64,000 nt of DNA from a virus (Duplodnaviria > Caudoviricetes): the IMG/VR virus record IMGVR_UViG_3300043442_000893, positions 11,296-75,295 of that record; one strand, written 5' to 3'. The position numbers were made by a program, and so were the translations under genes. Of the stretch, positions 36,603 to 47,292 are shown one piece after another (position 1 is the first letter of the stretch; every line of letters starts with the position of its first letter). Under the pieces are notes generated by a model that did no database searches, had not been told where the DNA came from, and saw only the letters and a list, made by a program, of their open reading frames with translations.

Positions 36603-39600
36603 ATGGCCGATCAAAGAATTACGGAACTCGTCGAACTTCCTCAGGGAGGCGTAGCTTTTAATGATGTTCTGCCCATTGCAGACGTTAGCGCCAGTCAAAC
36701 CAAAAAGGTGCAAGTCAAGAGCCTGATCCAAGCGGGCTTTAATCTTGCGGATGCTTCGACTCTTGATATTTCAAAGATTAACCAGGCCAGCGCAGCAAAA
36801 CTTACTGGCACATCTATTGCTGCAAATACTCTCACTTATGACAAGATTCAGCAGGTAAGCGCCAATAAACTGCTTGGCCGAAGCGCGTCCACTGGCAATG
36901 TAGAAGAAATTGATTGCACTGTTTATATTCGCACACTTCTTGATGATGCCAATGCCGCCGCTGCTCGTTCCACATTGGAACTGGGCGTGGTCGCCACGGG
37001 CAATACCATCAACACCAGTCTTCTTGAAGATTTAAGTGTTACCACTGGTAAGATCAACAACTCGGCCGTTACGGCGGCGAAGCTGGCTAGCGATGCAGTG
37101 GAGACTGCGAAAATTCTTGATGGCGCCGTCACTTCTGCGAAAATTCAAACAAGTGGAATCACAGGCAGTAATGTAAGCGCTGGCGCCATTGACACGGTTC
37201 ACTTGGCTACTAGCGGCGTCACGCTCATCAAAATGGCTGCCAATTCAGTTGGCACCATTCAATTAGTCGACAGCGGAATCACTCAGGCAAAGCTTGCTGC
37301 TGATGCAGTGGCAACTATTAATCTTGTTGCCAGTGGTATTACGCAGCCCAAGCTTGCCGCAAATGCCGTAGCAACGATTAATCTCGTTGATAGTGGTGTT
37401 ACTTTCGCAAAACTTTCCTCGGATAGTGTCAATACGATTAATTTAGTTGCAAGCGGCGTTACGCAAGCAAAGCTTGCTGCTGACGCAGTGGCAACCATCA
37501 ATCTTGTTGATAGTGGCGTCACGCAGCCAAAGCTTGCAAGTGGTTCAGTTGCCACTATTAACGTTATTGATTCCGCCATCACTCTCGCGAAAATGGCAAG
37601 TGGCAGTGTCAACACTGCTCAGCTTGTAGACAGTGGCGTAACACAAGCGAAGCTGGCTTCTAATGCTGTCAATACAATCAATTTGGTAGATAGCGGCATT
37701 ACGCAGCCCAAGCTTGCCGCCAATGCGATTACCACTGTAAACATCGCCGATAGCGGAGTTACCACTGCAAAGCTTGCATCTGGCGCTGTCACTATTTCAA
37801 AGCTTGGTCTTTCTTCTGGAGAGCTTTCTGGCGCTGTAATCACTGCCAGTTCCATTCCTTCTGGAAGCTATGCAAGTGGTTCTATTCCCACTGCAGCCGT
37901 TGAAGATAATGCAATTGTTTTTGCCAAGATCCAGCAAGTGGCAAGCGGCGTGCTGCTTGGTCGTGCGTCTGCTGGTAGTGGCAGCGTGGAAAGCATTACG
38001 CTCACAGCAGCAGGCAGGGCGTTGTTGGACGATGCAGACGCTGCTGCGCAACGCACCACGCTTGGCCTGGAAACCATGGCTGTGCAGCCCGCATCTGGCG
38101 TGGCAATCACTGGAGGCACGGCTGTGCTCAGTAGTGGCACCATCACTTACGCCACGATCAATGGCGGCGTAATTAGTGGTATCACTGATCTTGCCATTGC
38201 AGACGGTGGTACGGGAGCCTCCACTGCATCTGGAGCACGCACTAATCTTGGCTTGGCAATTGGCACTGACGTGCAGGCTTACGATCCTGCTCTTGCTTCC
38301 ATCGCAGGACTGACCACTGCATCTGGCCAGTTCATTTATACCACTGCTTCTGACACTTACGCTACTGCCACAATCACTTCTGCTGGTCGCGCCATTCTTG
38401 ATGATGCAGATGCGAGTGCGCAGCGTACCACGCTTGGACTTGGCTCGCTTGCTGTAAAAAATACAGTAGGAAGTGGCGATTACGATTCTTCTTCCATCGT
38501 CACTGCCAATATTGCCGATGGCGCAATTACTATGGCAAAGCTTGCTGACAGTGGCGTTACTACTGTCAAAATTGTCGATGCAAGCGTCACGGTAGATAAG
38601 CTTGCGAATAACGCTGTAACCACTGCAAAAATTATTGATAGTGGAGTTACTACTGACAAGATTGCGAATGGAGCTGTTTCTTACGCAAAAATTCAAACCA
38701 CTTCTGCAAGCGATGTGTTGCTTGGTCGGTCCTCAGCAAGCGGTGGCACTGTAGAAGAAATCCCTTGCACTTCTGCGGCGCGCTCCATTCTTGATGATGC
38801 CAGTATTGCTGATATTCGCACAACACTTGGTCTTGGCACATTAGCGCTACAAAATGGCAGCTTTGCTGGCACATCCACTGGTACCAACACTGGCGACCAG
38901 ACCATCACGCTTTCCGGAGACGTTACAGGCACTGGCACGGGGGCGTTTGCTGCCACCATTGCCAACTCTGCAGTCACATCAGCGAAGATCAATGATGGGG
39001 CAGTTATCACTGCAAAGATTAGTGACGATGCTGTTACTAGCGCCAAAATGGCAGATAATTCTGCCGCCATTGTTGCAGGTTCCGCCCCAGTAGGCAGCGG
39101 CATCTTCATTGGTCAGCAATGGCTTAATACTGGCACTGGCGTTGAATACACTTGGACGGGAAGCGAATGGTTGCGACAGTCTGGACTGTCCACCACTGTT
39201 ATTTCTGGCGACACTGTTTATAGCTTTACCACTTCCTATCCCGATGCTTTTAGTGCATCGATTGTTCCCGCGTTAAACACGCAAGTTGCTACGCGCTTCT
39301 TTGCTGGTCCCGCAAGTGGTAGCGCTGATGCTGCCCCAACTTTCCGTGCTATCACTGCTGACGATCTTCCAAAAGGCACCACTTCAGCCTTAGGCGTAGC
39401 CCAAGCTGGCACGGGCCTGGTCACTGTTAGTGGCATCTTTAACCATGCCAATAGCGTTGCATCTGGCATCTATTACAAGGTGACAGTAGACGCGCAGGGG
39501 CATGTAAGCGCAGGGGAGGCAAGTCTTGTTGCAGATGACATTCCTGCTCTTCCTGCATCGAAAATCACCACTGGCACATTTGGTAGTGGCTTTATTGCGG

Positions 39601-40883
39601 ACGATTCCATTCTTGCTTCCAAGCTTGCTAACTACTCAGTGAGTCAGTTTGGTGAAGCGCCGCCAGTTGCTGATTTTATTGGGCAATTCTTCTTCAATCC
39701 ATTGGAGAAAGATCTCTATCTGTGGGATGGTAACGTTTGGAACCCTGTTGGCATTTCAGTGGGGGAGATTATTTTTGGCGGTACATACAATGCAAGCGGG
39801 AATGTTATTGCTAGCACTAGTAGTGATGGCGCAGCGGTTGGTTTAACCGTTGGTCAACCACTTCCTACTCCTTCGTCTACGTTCAATCGTTATTACGTGG
39901 TTGTAGCCAGTGGAGGCACTGGCACATCGCCAGCCCCTACTACTGTTTTACAGCCGCCCGACATTTTACTTTGCAATGGTGCTGCTTGGACAGAAGTGGA
40001 CGTCAGCTCCACTTATCTTTCGCAGAGTGCTGCACAAGTTTCATTCTCGCCTGCTGCGAGCATTTCTGCTGGCAATGTACAAGCGGCCATTGAAGAAGTT
40101 AGTAACGAATGCAGGAATGTCAACAACGTGGCGAGTGGTATTCTTGCCACCGGCTATGGCGGAACAAGCTTTAACTCCTATACGAAGGGCGACATTCTTG
40201 TCGGCAGTGGCACCACTCTTGTCAAGCAAGCAGTGGGAACCAATGGTCAAGTGTTGACTGCTAATTCTGCTTTTGGCGGAGGCGTGCATTGGACCACTCC
40301 TGCAAGTGGCACTGTTTTATCAGTTAGCGTTAACGCTCCGCTCACGGTTGTTAGCGGCACGACCAATGCTGTCATTTCCATTCCTGACGCATCAACAAGC
40401 GTCAGGGGAAGCGTTCAGCTCACTGATTCCACGAGCACAACAAGCTCAACGCTTGCTGCTACTGCCACTGCAGTGAAGAGCGCTTTTGATTTAGCCAATG
40501 CTGCATTGCCACGAGCTGGCGGCACCATTACTGGCGAAGTGGTCATTGGCAATTCTGGCACATTGCTGTTTGAAGGTTCCACTGATAATGCTTTTGAAAT
40601 TCAACTTACTGCTGCTGATGCCACTTCAGACAAAATTGTCACTTTACCAGACACTACTGGCACCATTATTACAACTGGCGACACTGGTACAGTCACCAAT
40701 TTAATGCTTGCTGGCAGCATTGCCGACACTAAGCTGTCTACGATTTCCACTGCCGGCAAGGTTAGCAATAGCGCCACCACCGCTACCAGCGCCAACACTG
40801 CTAGTGCAATTGTTGCTCGTGACGCAAGTGGTAATTTCTCTGCCGGCTCCATTGATGCCACCATTGATGAAGGCACCTTCTAA
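36603..40883 (+). CDS. Long tail fibre protein with tandem 10/20-aa repeats
   Basis: ADQRITEL N-terminus; many LVDSG(I/V)TQ.KLA..AV.TIN repeats; G.VQLTDS..TTS.TLAATA.AVK.A.D. Confidence 0.85.
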   Translation: MADQRITELVELPQGGVAFNDVLPIADVSASQTKKVQVKSLIQAGFNLADASTLDISKINQASAAKLTGTSIAANTLTYDKIQQVSANKLLGRSASTGNVEEIDCTVYIRTLLDDANAAAARSTLELGVVATGNTINTSLLEDLSVTTGKINNSAVTAAKLASDAVETAKILDGAVTSAKIQTSGITGSNVSAGAIDTVHLATSGVTLIKMAANSVGTIQLVDSGITQAKLAADAVATINLVASGITQPKLAANAVATINLVDSGVTFAKLSSDSVNTINLVASGVTQAKLAADAVATINLVDSGVTQPKLASGSVATINVIDSAITLAKMASGSVNTAQLVDSGVTQAKLASNAVNTINLVDSGITQPKLAANAITTVNIADSGVTTAKLASGAVTISKLGLSSGELSGAVITASSIPSGSYASGSIPTAAVEDNAIVFAKIQQVASGVLLGRASAGSGSVESITLTAAGRALLDDADAAAQRTTLGLETMAVQPASGVAITGGTAVLSSGTITYATINGGVISGITDLAIADGGTGASTASGARTNLGLAIGTDVQAYDPALASIAGLTTASGQFIYTTASDTYATATITSAGRAILDDADASAQRTTLGLGSLAVKNTVGSGDYDSSSIVTANIADGAITMAKLADSGVTTVKIVDASVTVDKLANNAVTTAKIIDSGVTTDKIANGAVSYAKIQTTSASDVLLGRSSASGGTVEEIPCTSAARSILDDASIADIRTTLGLGTLALQNGSFAGTSTGTNTGDQTITLSGDVTGTGTGAFAATIANSAVTSAKINDGAVITAKISDDAVTSAKMADNSAAIVAGSAPVGSGIFIGQQWLNTGTGVEYTWTGSEWLRQSGLSTTVISGDTVYSFTTSYPDAFSASIVPALNTQVATRFFAGPASGSADAAPTFRAITADDLPKGTTSALGVAQAGTGLVTVSGIFNHANSVASGIYYKVTVDAQGHVSAGEASLVADDIPALPASKITTGTFGSGFIADDSILASKLANYSVSQFGEAPPVADFIGQFFFNPLEKDLYLWDGNVWNPVGISVGEIIFGGTYNASGNVIASTSSDGAAVGLTVGQPLPTPSSTFNRYYVVVASGGTGTSPAPTTVLQPPDILLCNGAAWTEVDVSSTYLSQSAAQVSFSPAASISAGNVQAAIEEVSNECRNVNNVASGILATGYGGTSFNSYTKGDILVGSGTTLVKQAVGTNGQVLTANSAFGGGVHWTTPASGTVLSVSVNAPLTVVSGTTNAVISIPDASTSVRGSVQLTDSTSTTSSTLAATATAVKSAFDLANAALPRAGGTITGEVVIGNSGTLLFEGSTDNAFEIQLTAADATSDKIVTLPDTTGTIITTGDTGTVTNLMLAGSIADTKLSTISTAGKVSNSATTATSANTASAIVARDASGNFSAGSIDATIDEGTF

Positions 40884-40955
40884 TCATTAAAAAGAAAAGC
40901 CTTTTAGAATTGCGAAAGACTAATTAGTCTTCTGTAATTCCGAAAGGCTTTAATT

Positions 40956-42632
40956 ATGGCTGGTGTTCTTCAGCATCTGCGTTCATCAACGCTTAATAAG
41001 CGTCCTAACCCTGCTTCCATGGTTGATGGCCAATTGGCCATTAATTATGCAAGTGGAAGTCCTGGAGCTTTCTTCAAGGACAGCAACGGTAATTTAGTAA
41101 AAGTGGGGCCTGCGCATGTGGGAGCAACTGCTCCTAACGTGAGCCCTGCAAGTGGCGGCACTGCTGGTAATAGCCTTGGCGAGCAATGGCTTGATACAAG
41201 TGGTGGCACTTATGTGTTTAAGATTTGGGACGGGGCTGCATGGCGCAGTGAGGCTGGTGAGTTTGTAAACGTCACTGGCGACACGATGACTGGAGCGTTG
41301 GGCGTTATTGTAGGCTCAGCTTCCACGCCAGGACTATTTTTTAGCGGGGACGCAAATTCTGGACTGTATTCCCCCGGCGCAGACCAAGTGGCCATCAGCA
41401 CTGGCGGGTCTGGCAGGTTGTTTGTGGATGCGAGTGGGCGCGTTGGCGTTGGGACAAGCCCTAGTTATGCGCTGCATGTTTCTGGTACTGGTACGGTCAG
41501 CTCGCGGACCCTTGCTACAGATGCAACCGGCGACGCTTCGTTCTTTGTCCAGAATGATGGCAATGGAATTTGTGGCCCACTTGTCTACGGAAGCACTAAA
41601 ACTGCATACGGCGCATTAGCTTCTAACGAAACTGCTTTTTATTCCAATAGAAGCACTACGATAATGGCAGATGGCGGAAGTGCCGTCATCAAGTTCGCAA
41701 CTGGAGGTAACACCGAACGCGCCCGCATCGACAGCTCCGGCAGGCTCTTGGTTGGTACGTCTAGTGCGTCTGGCTCTGGAGGAGCAAAACTAGAAGTAGC
41801 CAAACAAACCATGACAACAAGCGACATGGGCTTGGCGTCATTTCAGCTTGCAAGCGCCAGCAGTCGTTGGCCTCAAGTATTTCTGGAGAAAAGCCGAGGA
41901 GCAGCGGTTGGACAGAAGACTTTGGTTGTTGATGGCGATTCCCTTGGTGAACTTGCCTTCCGGGGTGCAGACGGGACTAACTATCTAACAGGTGCAAATA
42001 TTGTTGCGACTGTTGATGGAGTCGCTTCTACAAATGATCTTCCAACGCGCTTAGTGTTCTCCACTACTGCGGATGGGGCGGCTTCTCCGACGGAGCGGAT
42101 GAGGATTACGCAAACTGGAGAGATATATGTTTTTTGCGCTAGCGGTGCGTGGAATCACACAGCAAACAATGGAAGTGGTGCTGGCACAGTATCTGCACTT
42201 TACCAAGGAAGATACGGCGCTACTGATAACACTGGGACCACGGGGACTCAATCTTATGTTGTCTGGACAAATGGTAACGTCCAGAACACCAACAACAGCT
42301 ATACCGCCATTTCTGATATTAAGCTGAAGGAAAATATCGTTGATGCTGGATCTCAATGGGCCGACCTAAAGGCTCTGCGCGTTCGCAACTACAACCTTAA
42401 AGAAGGCCAAACTCACCGGCAGATTGGTCTGATTGCCCAGGAGGTTGAACCCATCAGCCCTGGCCTGGTCTACGAATCACCAGACCGCGACGCCGAAGGC
42501 AACGACCTTGGCACCGTCACCAAGAGCGTCAACTACTCGGTGCTCTACATGAAGGCAGTCAAGGCGTTGCAGGAAGCAATGGAGCGCATCGAAGTTCTGG
42601 AACAGCGTCTTGCTGATGCTGGTATCGCTTAG
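40956..42632 (+). CDS. Tail fibre/spike with C-terminal S74 intramolecular chaperone
   Basis: GQLAINY; ERARIDSSGRLLVGT repeats; SDIKLKENI; IGLIAQEVE; VKALQE. Confidence 0.88.
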   Translation: MAGVLQHLRSSTLNKRPNPASMVDGQLAINYASGSPGAFFKDSNGNLVKVGPAHVGATAPNVSPASGGTAGNSLGEQWLDTSGGTYVFKIWDGAAWRSEAGEFVNVTGDTMTGALGVIVGSASTPGLFFSGDANSGLYSPGADQVAISTGGSGRLFVDASGRVGVGTSPSYALHVSGTGTVSSRTLATDATGDASFFVQNDGNGICGPLVYGSTKTAYGALASNETAFYSNRSTTIMADGGSAVIKFATGGNTERARIDSSGRLLVGTSSASGSGGAKLEVAKQTMTTSDMGLASFQLASASSRWPQVFLEKSRGAAVGQKTLVVDGDSLGELAFRGADGTNYLTGANIVATVDGVASTNDLPTRLVFSTTADGAASPTERMRITQTGEIYVFCASGAWNHTANNGSGAGTVSALYQGRYGATDNTGTTGTQSYVVWTNGNVQNTNNSYTAISDIKLKENIVDAGSQWADLKALRVRNYNLKEGQTHRQIGLIAQEVEPISPGLVYESPDRDAEGNDLGTVTKSVNYSVLYMKAVKALQEAMERIEVLEQRLADAGIA

Positions 42633-42661
42633 CAATAGAAGTCCCCTTCACTTCTTGCCCT

Positions 42662-42693
42662 AGGCGGTTTCCCGAAGAAACCGCCTTTCTTTT
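42662..42693 (+). terminator. Intrinsic terminator
   Basis: AGGCGGTTTC-ccgaa-GAAACCGCCT followed by TTCTTTT. Confidence 0.75.
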
Positions 42694-42728
42694 CATTGCT
42701 AAACTAACAAAGACCATTCTTTTTAACC

Positions 42729-43040
42729 ATGGCGATCACTTACACTTGGGGCGTTTCCCAACTTGAAAGGCAGCTTTCGAGCGGTATTGTCTACACCGTC
42801 CACTATACGATTTCTGCCGATGATGGCACGTATGCTAGTTCGGCATACGGCAGTCTTGGCCTTGAACCCCCTGATGAGGACGACGAGATTCCTTATGCTC
42901 AGCTCACCCCTGAAATCGTCACCGGCTGGGTGAAAGATAAGTTTGGCGATGAGAAAGTGGCAGAAATTGAAGCCGCCCTTGCAGAACAAATTTCTCAACA
43001 ACGCACTCCCACTACTGGTACTGGCCTGCCTTGGAGCTGA
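42729..43040 (+). CDS. Tail-fibre-associated small protein
   Basis: TW.V.QLER...G.VYTVHY..IPYAQLT.E.V.GWV...G.PW family. Confidence 0.75.
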   Translation: MAITYTWGVSQLERQLSSGIVYTVHYTISADDGTYASSAYGSLGLEPPDEDDEIPYAQLTPEIVTGWVKDKFGDEKVAEIEAALAEQISQQRTPTTGTGLPWS

Positions 43041-43043
43041 TAA

Positions 43044-43181
43044 ATGGCAGCGAAATCGAAAGTTGGCATTAGCGGCCAGAAGCTTCATTCTCCTAATCGT
43101 CGCAAGAAGACTAGGCAAGGTAATGGAGCGAATAGCAAAGCTTCTCATGGGCGCAAGCTTATGCGAGGCCAAGGTAAATAA
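43044..43181 (+). CDS. Small basic protein (45 aa; below the ORF-track cutoff)
   Basis: MAAKSKVGISGQKLHSPNRRKKTRQGNGANSKASHGRKLMRGQGK; KKTRQG..RGQG pattern seen in cyanophages. Confidence 0.7.
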   Translation: MAAKSKVGISGQKLHSPNRRKKTRQGNGANSKASHGRKLMRGQGK

Positions 43182-43185
43182 TTAC

Positions 43186-43210
43186 GGGGCCGAAAGGCCC
43201 TTTTTCTTTT
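43186..43210 (+). terminator. Intrinsic terminator
   Basis: GGGCC-gaaa-GGCCC followed by TTTTTCTTTT. Confidence 0.75.
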
Positions 43211-43241
43211 AGCAGTACAATGGAAGAAAGCATTGTTTCTC

Positions 43242-44465
43242 ATGGGCCAAATCATTGCAGGCGGTGAACAGTTTGAAACTCATATTGAAGCTGACTATCG
43301 TGGACAGATCTTAAAGACAGGCCCTGATAGTGGAGCCGTTGATGCCTTTGGTCGTGCTCGCACCAGTGCTCCCTATACGCTTTTTGATAGCACGATGCGT
43401 TATGACAAGCGTGCTGACCAATGGTTCGATCGCGTATCCAACGGAGGTGTGGTCACGTATTTAACAAATGAAAGCAGCACTGCTTTGACGACTACAACTG
43501 CGTCTGGCGATACAGTATTGCGTAGAACCAAGCAATGCTTTCCGTACCAACCAGGAAAGAGCATGATGATCATGCAAAGCTTTGCTGGCACCACTCCCGT
43601 CTCTGGTTTCATTCAAGAAGTGGGCTTCTTTGATGACCAGAATGGAGTGATGTTTAGGGCAAGTGGTACTACTTTGCAAATGGTCATTAGAAGCTTTACG
43701 TCTGGCGCCATTGTTGAAAATGCAGTCGATCAATCAGCATGGAATATCAATACTCTTGATTCGCTGGACATCTCTAAAGCTCAAATTTTTACCGCCGATC
43801 TTGAATGGCTTGGCGTGGGACGAGTAAGAGCTGGCTTTGTAGTCAATGGCGAGATTATCTATTGCCATGAATTTAATCATTACAACGCATTGACTAGTGC
43901 ATATATGACAACGGCTATTTTGCCATTGTCCTATCGTATTCACAATGCTTCCACTCAAGCTTCAGAGCGAACTATGAAGCAAATTTGTAGCAGCATTCTT
44001 AGTGAGGGAGGATATGAACCAGATGGCGCTGTGTATTCAGTGGGTCATGATCTTGCCACTGTCGCCAACACTTCTGGAGAGCGTATCACTGCTGGCATCC
44101 GCATGGCAAGTGGTCGCACTGGTAATGTTATTTTGCCTGTGAGGATTTCCACTGCCACTTCCTCTAGCGATGTTGTGCTATGGAGGCTTCGTCTTAATCC
44201 AACGCTAAGTGGAGTTGTGTGGAGCGCTGCGGACAATGAAAGGGGTAATGTGGAAGTTACAACTAGTGGCATTGCGACAGGCGGCACAGTGGTCGATGCA
44301 GGCTTTGTAAGCCAAGGTAGTGCGAATAATTACGACATTGCAGTGGCCATTCGTCTTTCCTTAGGGCAAAATGCGTCTGGCGAAAGCGACACCCTCATTT
44401 TGACTGTCGACAGTTCTGTTAACGCCAAAGCTCTTGGTATGATCGGCTGGGTAGAAATCGCATAA
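43242..44465 (+). CDS. Putative virion structural protein (beta-sandwich)
   Basis: DAFGR.RTS.P.TLFD, YQPGKS, DLEWLGVGRVR.GF family. Confidence 0.7.
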   Translation: MGQIIAGGEQFETHIEADYRGQILKTGPDSGAVDAFGRARTSAPYTLFDSTMRYDKRADQWFDRVSNGGVVTYLTNESSTALTTTTASGDTVLRRTKQCFPYQPGKSMMIMQSFAGTTPVSGFIQEVGFFDDQNGVMFRASGTTLQMVIRSFTSGAIVENAVDQSAWNINTLDSLDISKAQIFTADLEWLGVGRVRAGFVVNGEIIYCHEFNHYNALTSAYMTTAILPLSYRIHNASTQASERTMKQICSSILSEGGYEPDGAVYSVGHDLATVANTSGERITAGIRMASGRTGNVILPVRISTATSSSDVVLWRLRLNPTLSGVVWSAADNERGNVEVTTSGIATGGTVVDAGFVSQGSANNYDIAVAIRLSLGQNASGESDTLILTVDSSVNAKALGMIGWVEIA

Positions 44466-44494
44466 TTCGCCTACAATAAAAGAAAAAGCTTATC

Positions 44495-44833
44495 ATGATT
44501 ACGCCAGGTAAACACGATATTACAATTTATCAGGGCGCAACTTTTGAGCTTCAGTTGCAATACAAGGATGCTTCTGGTGTGCCGGTCAACATGAGCGGCT
44601 ACACCGTGGCGTCCAAGCTATATGATCGCCTAGGAAGTTCTAAGCTTGCTGATTTTGCCGTATCATACGTAAATCAAGCTAGCGGTATTTTCAAGCTACG
44701 TCTAGAAGCTTCTGGAACAAGCGGGATTACAGAGCAGGGGCAGTATGACGTGCTGATTACGGAACCTGATAATAGTAAGTATTATCTTGTAGAGGGCAAT
44801 GCCTTTATTAATCTTGGCTTGAGCTTCAAATGA
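44495..44833 (+). CDS. BppU-like structural adaptor
   Basis: I.IYQGATF...VNMSGYT...YDVLI...LVEG. Confidence 0.65.
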   Translation: MITPGKHDITIYQGATFELQLQYKDASGVPVNMSGYTVASKLYDRLGSSKLADFAVSYVNQASGIFKLRLEASGTSGITEQGQYDVLITEPDNSKYYLVEGNAFINLGLSFK

Positions 44834-45132
44834 CAGTTATTGTGCAACAGTCTCCTTCCATTGTCTCAATTACTGAGGCGGAGGATTCCATTGTTGTCAT
44901 TAATGAAGAAAGTAATGCAATAGAAATACAGGCTCTTCCGCCATCGCCAAGGCTTGAGTTTTTTGGCAGCGGCCCTCAAGGAGCTATTGGTCCTCAAGGG
45001 GAAAAAGGAATTAATTTAGACGAAACCGCTAAAATTGATGGAAGCGTAGTTTATTACGATGCTGCTGCGGCAAAGTTTAAGGCAGACGCAACAATTACTA
45101 CCAATCTTCTTACTGACGGAGGCAATTTCTAA
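44830..45132 (+). CDS. Structural protein with short collagen-like repeat
   Basis: GPQGAIGPQGEKG; C-terminal DGGNF. Confidence 0.65.
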   Translation: MTVIVQQSPSIVSITEAEDSIVVINEESNAIEIQALPPSPRLEFFGSGPQGAIGPQGEKGINLDETAKIDGSVVYYDAAAAKFKADATITTNLLTDGGNF

Positions 45133-46211
45133 TGGCCAATACCATTCGCATTAAGCGCAGGGCTTCTGGAGGTAGTACTGGCGCGCCCGCGAGCTTGGCC
45201 AATGCTGAACTTGCCTATAACGAAAGTGATACTGGCAATGGCGTTCTTTATTATGGCTATGGTACTGGCGGCGCTGGCGGAAGTGCCACGCAAGTTGTTG
45301 CCATTGGCGGCGATGGTGCATTCGTAAATCTTACCGGCTCTCAAACGATTAGCGGCAATAAAACTTTTACTGGCACGCTAACAATGAGCGGTGCCACGAT
45401 TGACGGCTTTAGCACCACTGGCAATGTAACAATTGGTGGAAATTTTACCGTCAACGGCACTACAACTACTGTCAACAGCACAACAATTAGTGTTGACGAT
45501 AAAAACATTGAACTAGGCAGCGTTGCAAGCCCCACTGACACCACTGCGGACGGAGGCGGCATTCTTCTTAAAGGAGACACTGATAAGACCATTTATTGGG
45601 TGAATGCCACTGACGCATGGACGAGTAGTGAACACATTGCCGTAGCAAGCGGTAAGTCTTATTTCATTAACAACAGCAATGTCCTCAGTAGTAGTGCACT
45701 AGGAAGTGGCATCATTACGTCCAGTCTGACCAGCGTTGGCACTCTCACTTCTGGCACATGGTCTGCGTCGACCATTGCCGTTGACAAAGGAGGCACAGGA
45801 CAGTCAAGTTATACAAATGGTCAATTATTAATTGGCAATACCACTGGTAATACACTTACGAAGGCCACGCTAACTGCTGGCAGTGGCATTTCAATTACAA
45901 ATGGCAATGGCAGTATTACCATTGAATCTACTGGCGTAAGTTTCGCTGCTGGCGATGGTTTAGATCTGGCAGGAGGCACGCTATCAGTTGACTTGAAGGC
46001 CAATGGTGGCTTGGTCATTGAAAGCACAGAGCTTGCGCTTGATCTTGGTGCATCTAGTATCACGGGAACTTTGGCTGTTGCCGATGGTGGCACGGGAGCA
46101 ACAACCTTAACTGGCATCTTGAAGGGTAATGGTACGTCTGCATTTACTGCCGCTGTTGCGGGGACCGATTATCTTGATACAAACAGCACAGTGGATGGAG
46201 GAACTTTCTAG
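45132..46211 (+). CDS. Fibre/whisker protein
   Basis: IRIKR..P.SL..AELAYN; VNGTTTTVNST..VDDK.IELG; GGTG repeats; DGGTF end. Confidence 0.75.
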   Translation: MANTIRIKRRASGGSTGAPASLANAELAYNESDTGNGVLYYGYGTGGAGGSATQVVAIGGDGAFVNLTGSQTISGNKTFTGTLTMSGATIDGFSTTGNVTIGGNFTVNGTTTTVNSTTISVDDKNIELGSVASPTDTTADGGGILLKGDTDKTIYWVNATDAWTSSEHIAVASGKSYFINNSNVLSSSALGSGIITSSLTSVGTLTSGTWSASTIAVDKGGTGQSSYTNGQLLIGNTTGNTLTKATLTAGSGISITNGNGSITIESTGVSFAAGDGLDLAGGTLSVDLKANGGLVIESTELALDLGASSITGTLAVADGGTGATTLTGILKGNGTSAFTAAVAGTDYLDTNSTVDGGTF

Positions 46212-47048
46212 ATGCCTCGTCAAAATAAAATCATTCTTCGTAATGGCACGACAGTGCCTAATGGAGCAGATTTTGATATTGGTGAACCTGCATGGAATAA
46301 AGACGCAGGAACGCTCTATGTAAAGAATTCTGCTGGGGCGATGGTCTCCATTGGGGCGCCTTTTACTGGTGGCACTTTGACTAGCGGACTGGTAGTTGCA
46401 TCTGGCACCACATCTTTAGCTCCATTGTCATTTCAAGCGGGCACTAATTTAACCACTGCCGCTTCTGGAGTGATGGAATATGACGGCAAGGTGTTTTACA
46501 GTACGCCGGCGGGGCGAGGAGTGTCTCCTTCTGCCATGGTTTATCGTCTTAATGCTGATTTGGCTGGCGCAAACAGCACTGCATCACAAAGTGTATTCGG
46601 CGTGGGAGTTTCTTTGCAGGCCAATACAGTTTATGCCATGCAAATGGTATTTACATTGGCCAAAACTGCAGGGACCACTTCTCATTCAATTGGATTTAGC
46701 TTTGATGGTGGCACCGCCACTTTTAACAACATCCATATACAAGGAATGTATTCCAATCATCAAGCTGCTCCATCTACTACCAGTTCTTTAGCAACTAGCG
46801 CTTGGAATTATGGCGTGCATACGGCAACAACTCTGATAAATTACGTCACCAATATTGCAGGAGCTACGCGCACGCAAACAGGTACATTTCACGGCACGTT
46901 TAGCGTGAATGCTGCAGGTACTTTCAATCCTCAGTACAAGCTATCTGCTGCGCCAGGGGGAGCCTATAGTACTCTTGCCGGTTCTTTCATTAGCATTTGG
47001 CCCATTGGAGCCGCTGGCAGCAACGTATCAGTCGGTCCATGGGCGTAA
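46212..47048 (+). CDS. Fibre protein, receptor-binding candidate
   Basis: I.LR..GEPAWN...LY N-terminus; beta-rich C-terminal head. Confidence 0.7.
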   Translation: MPRQNKIILRNGTTVPNGADFDIGEPAWNKDAGTLYVKNSAGAMVSIGAPFTGGTLTSGLVVASGTTSLAPLSFQAGTNLTTAASGVMEYDGKVFYSTPAGRGVSPSAMVYRLNADLAGANSTASQSVFGVGVSLQANTVYAMQMVFTLAKTAGTTSHSIGFSFDGGTATFNNIHIQGMYSNHQAAPSTTSSLATSAWNYGVHTATTLINYVTNIAGATRTQTGTFHGTFSVNAAGTFNPQYKLSAAPGGAYSTLAGSFISIWPIGAAGSNVSVGPWA

Positions 47049-47079
47049 CGCCTAGCATGCAAAAGCATTTCCAGCTCTC

Positions 47080-47292
47080 ATGGTTTTTCCTTTCATTGCA
47101 GAAAGTGATTGGTACAAGCAACAAACCGAGCATCTTTCAGACATTCTGGCTGAGCTGCTGACGGACGATGATCCAGCAATGGCTTGCAAAGCATTGAGTG
47201 AAACCATTGCCTCGTGGGAGGACTACCACGAGAAGGAACTTGCTAAGTGGAAGCGCCTCAGGGTGCTTCTTGGTCTGGGAGCTGGTACGTAA
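47080..47292 (+). CDS. Hypothetical protein, paralogous to 63177-63356
   Basis: LSD...D...L.E...DYH pattern shared with the other ORF. Confidence 0.6.
   Translation: MVFPFIAESDWYKQQTEHLSDILAELLTDDDPAMACKALSETIASWEDYHEKELAKWKRLRVLLGLGAGT

Noticed and set aside
37190-37800. CRISPR-like periodic repeats
   Set aside because: In-frame degenerate coding repeats of the tail fibre with no unique spacers
37797-38696. 299-aa antisense ORF
   Set aside because: Shadow of the repetitive fibre gene
40956-47048. Diversity-generating retroelement or invertible fibre cassette
   Set aside because: No reverse transcriptase, invertase or TR/VR pair seen
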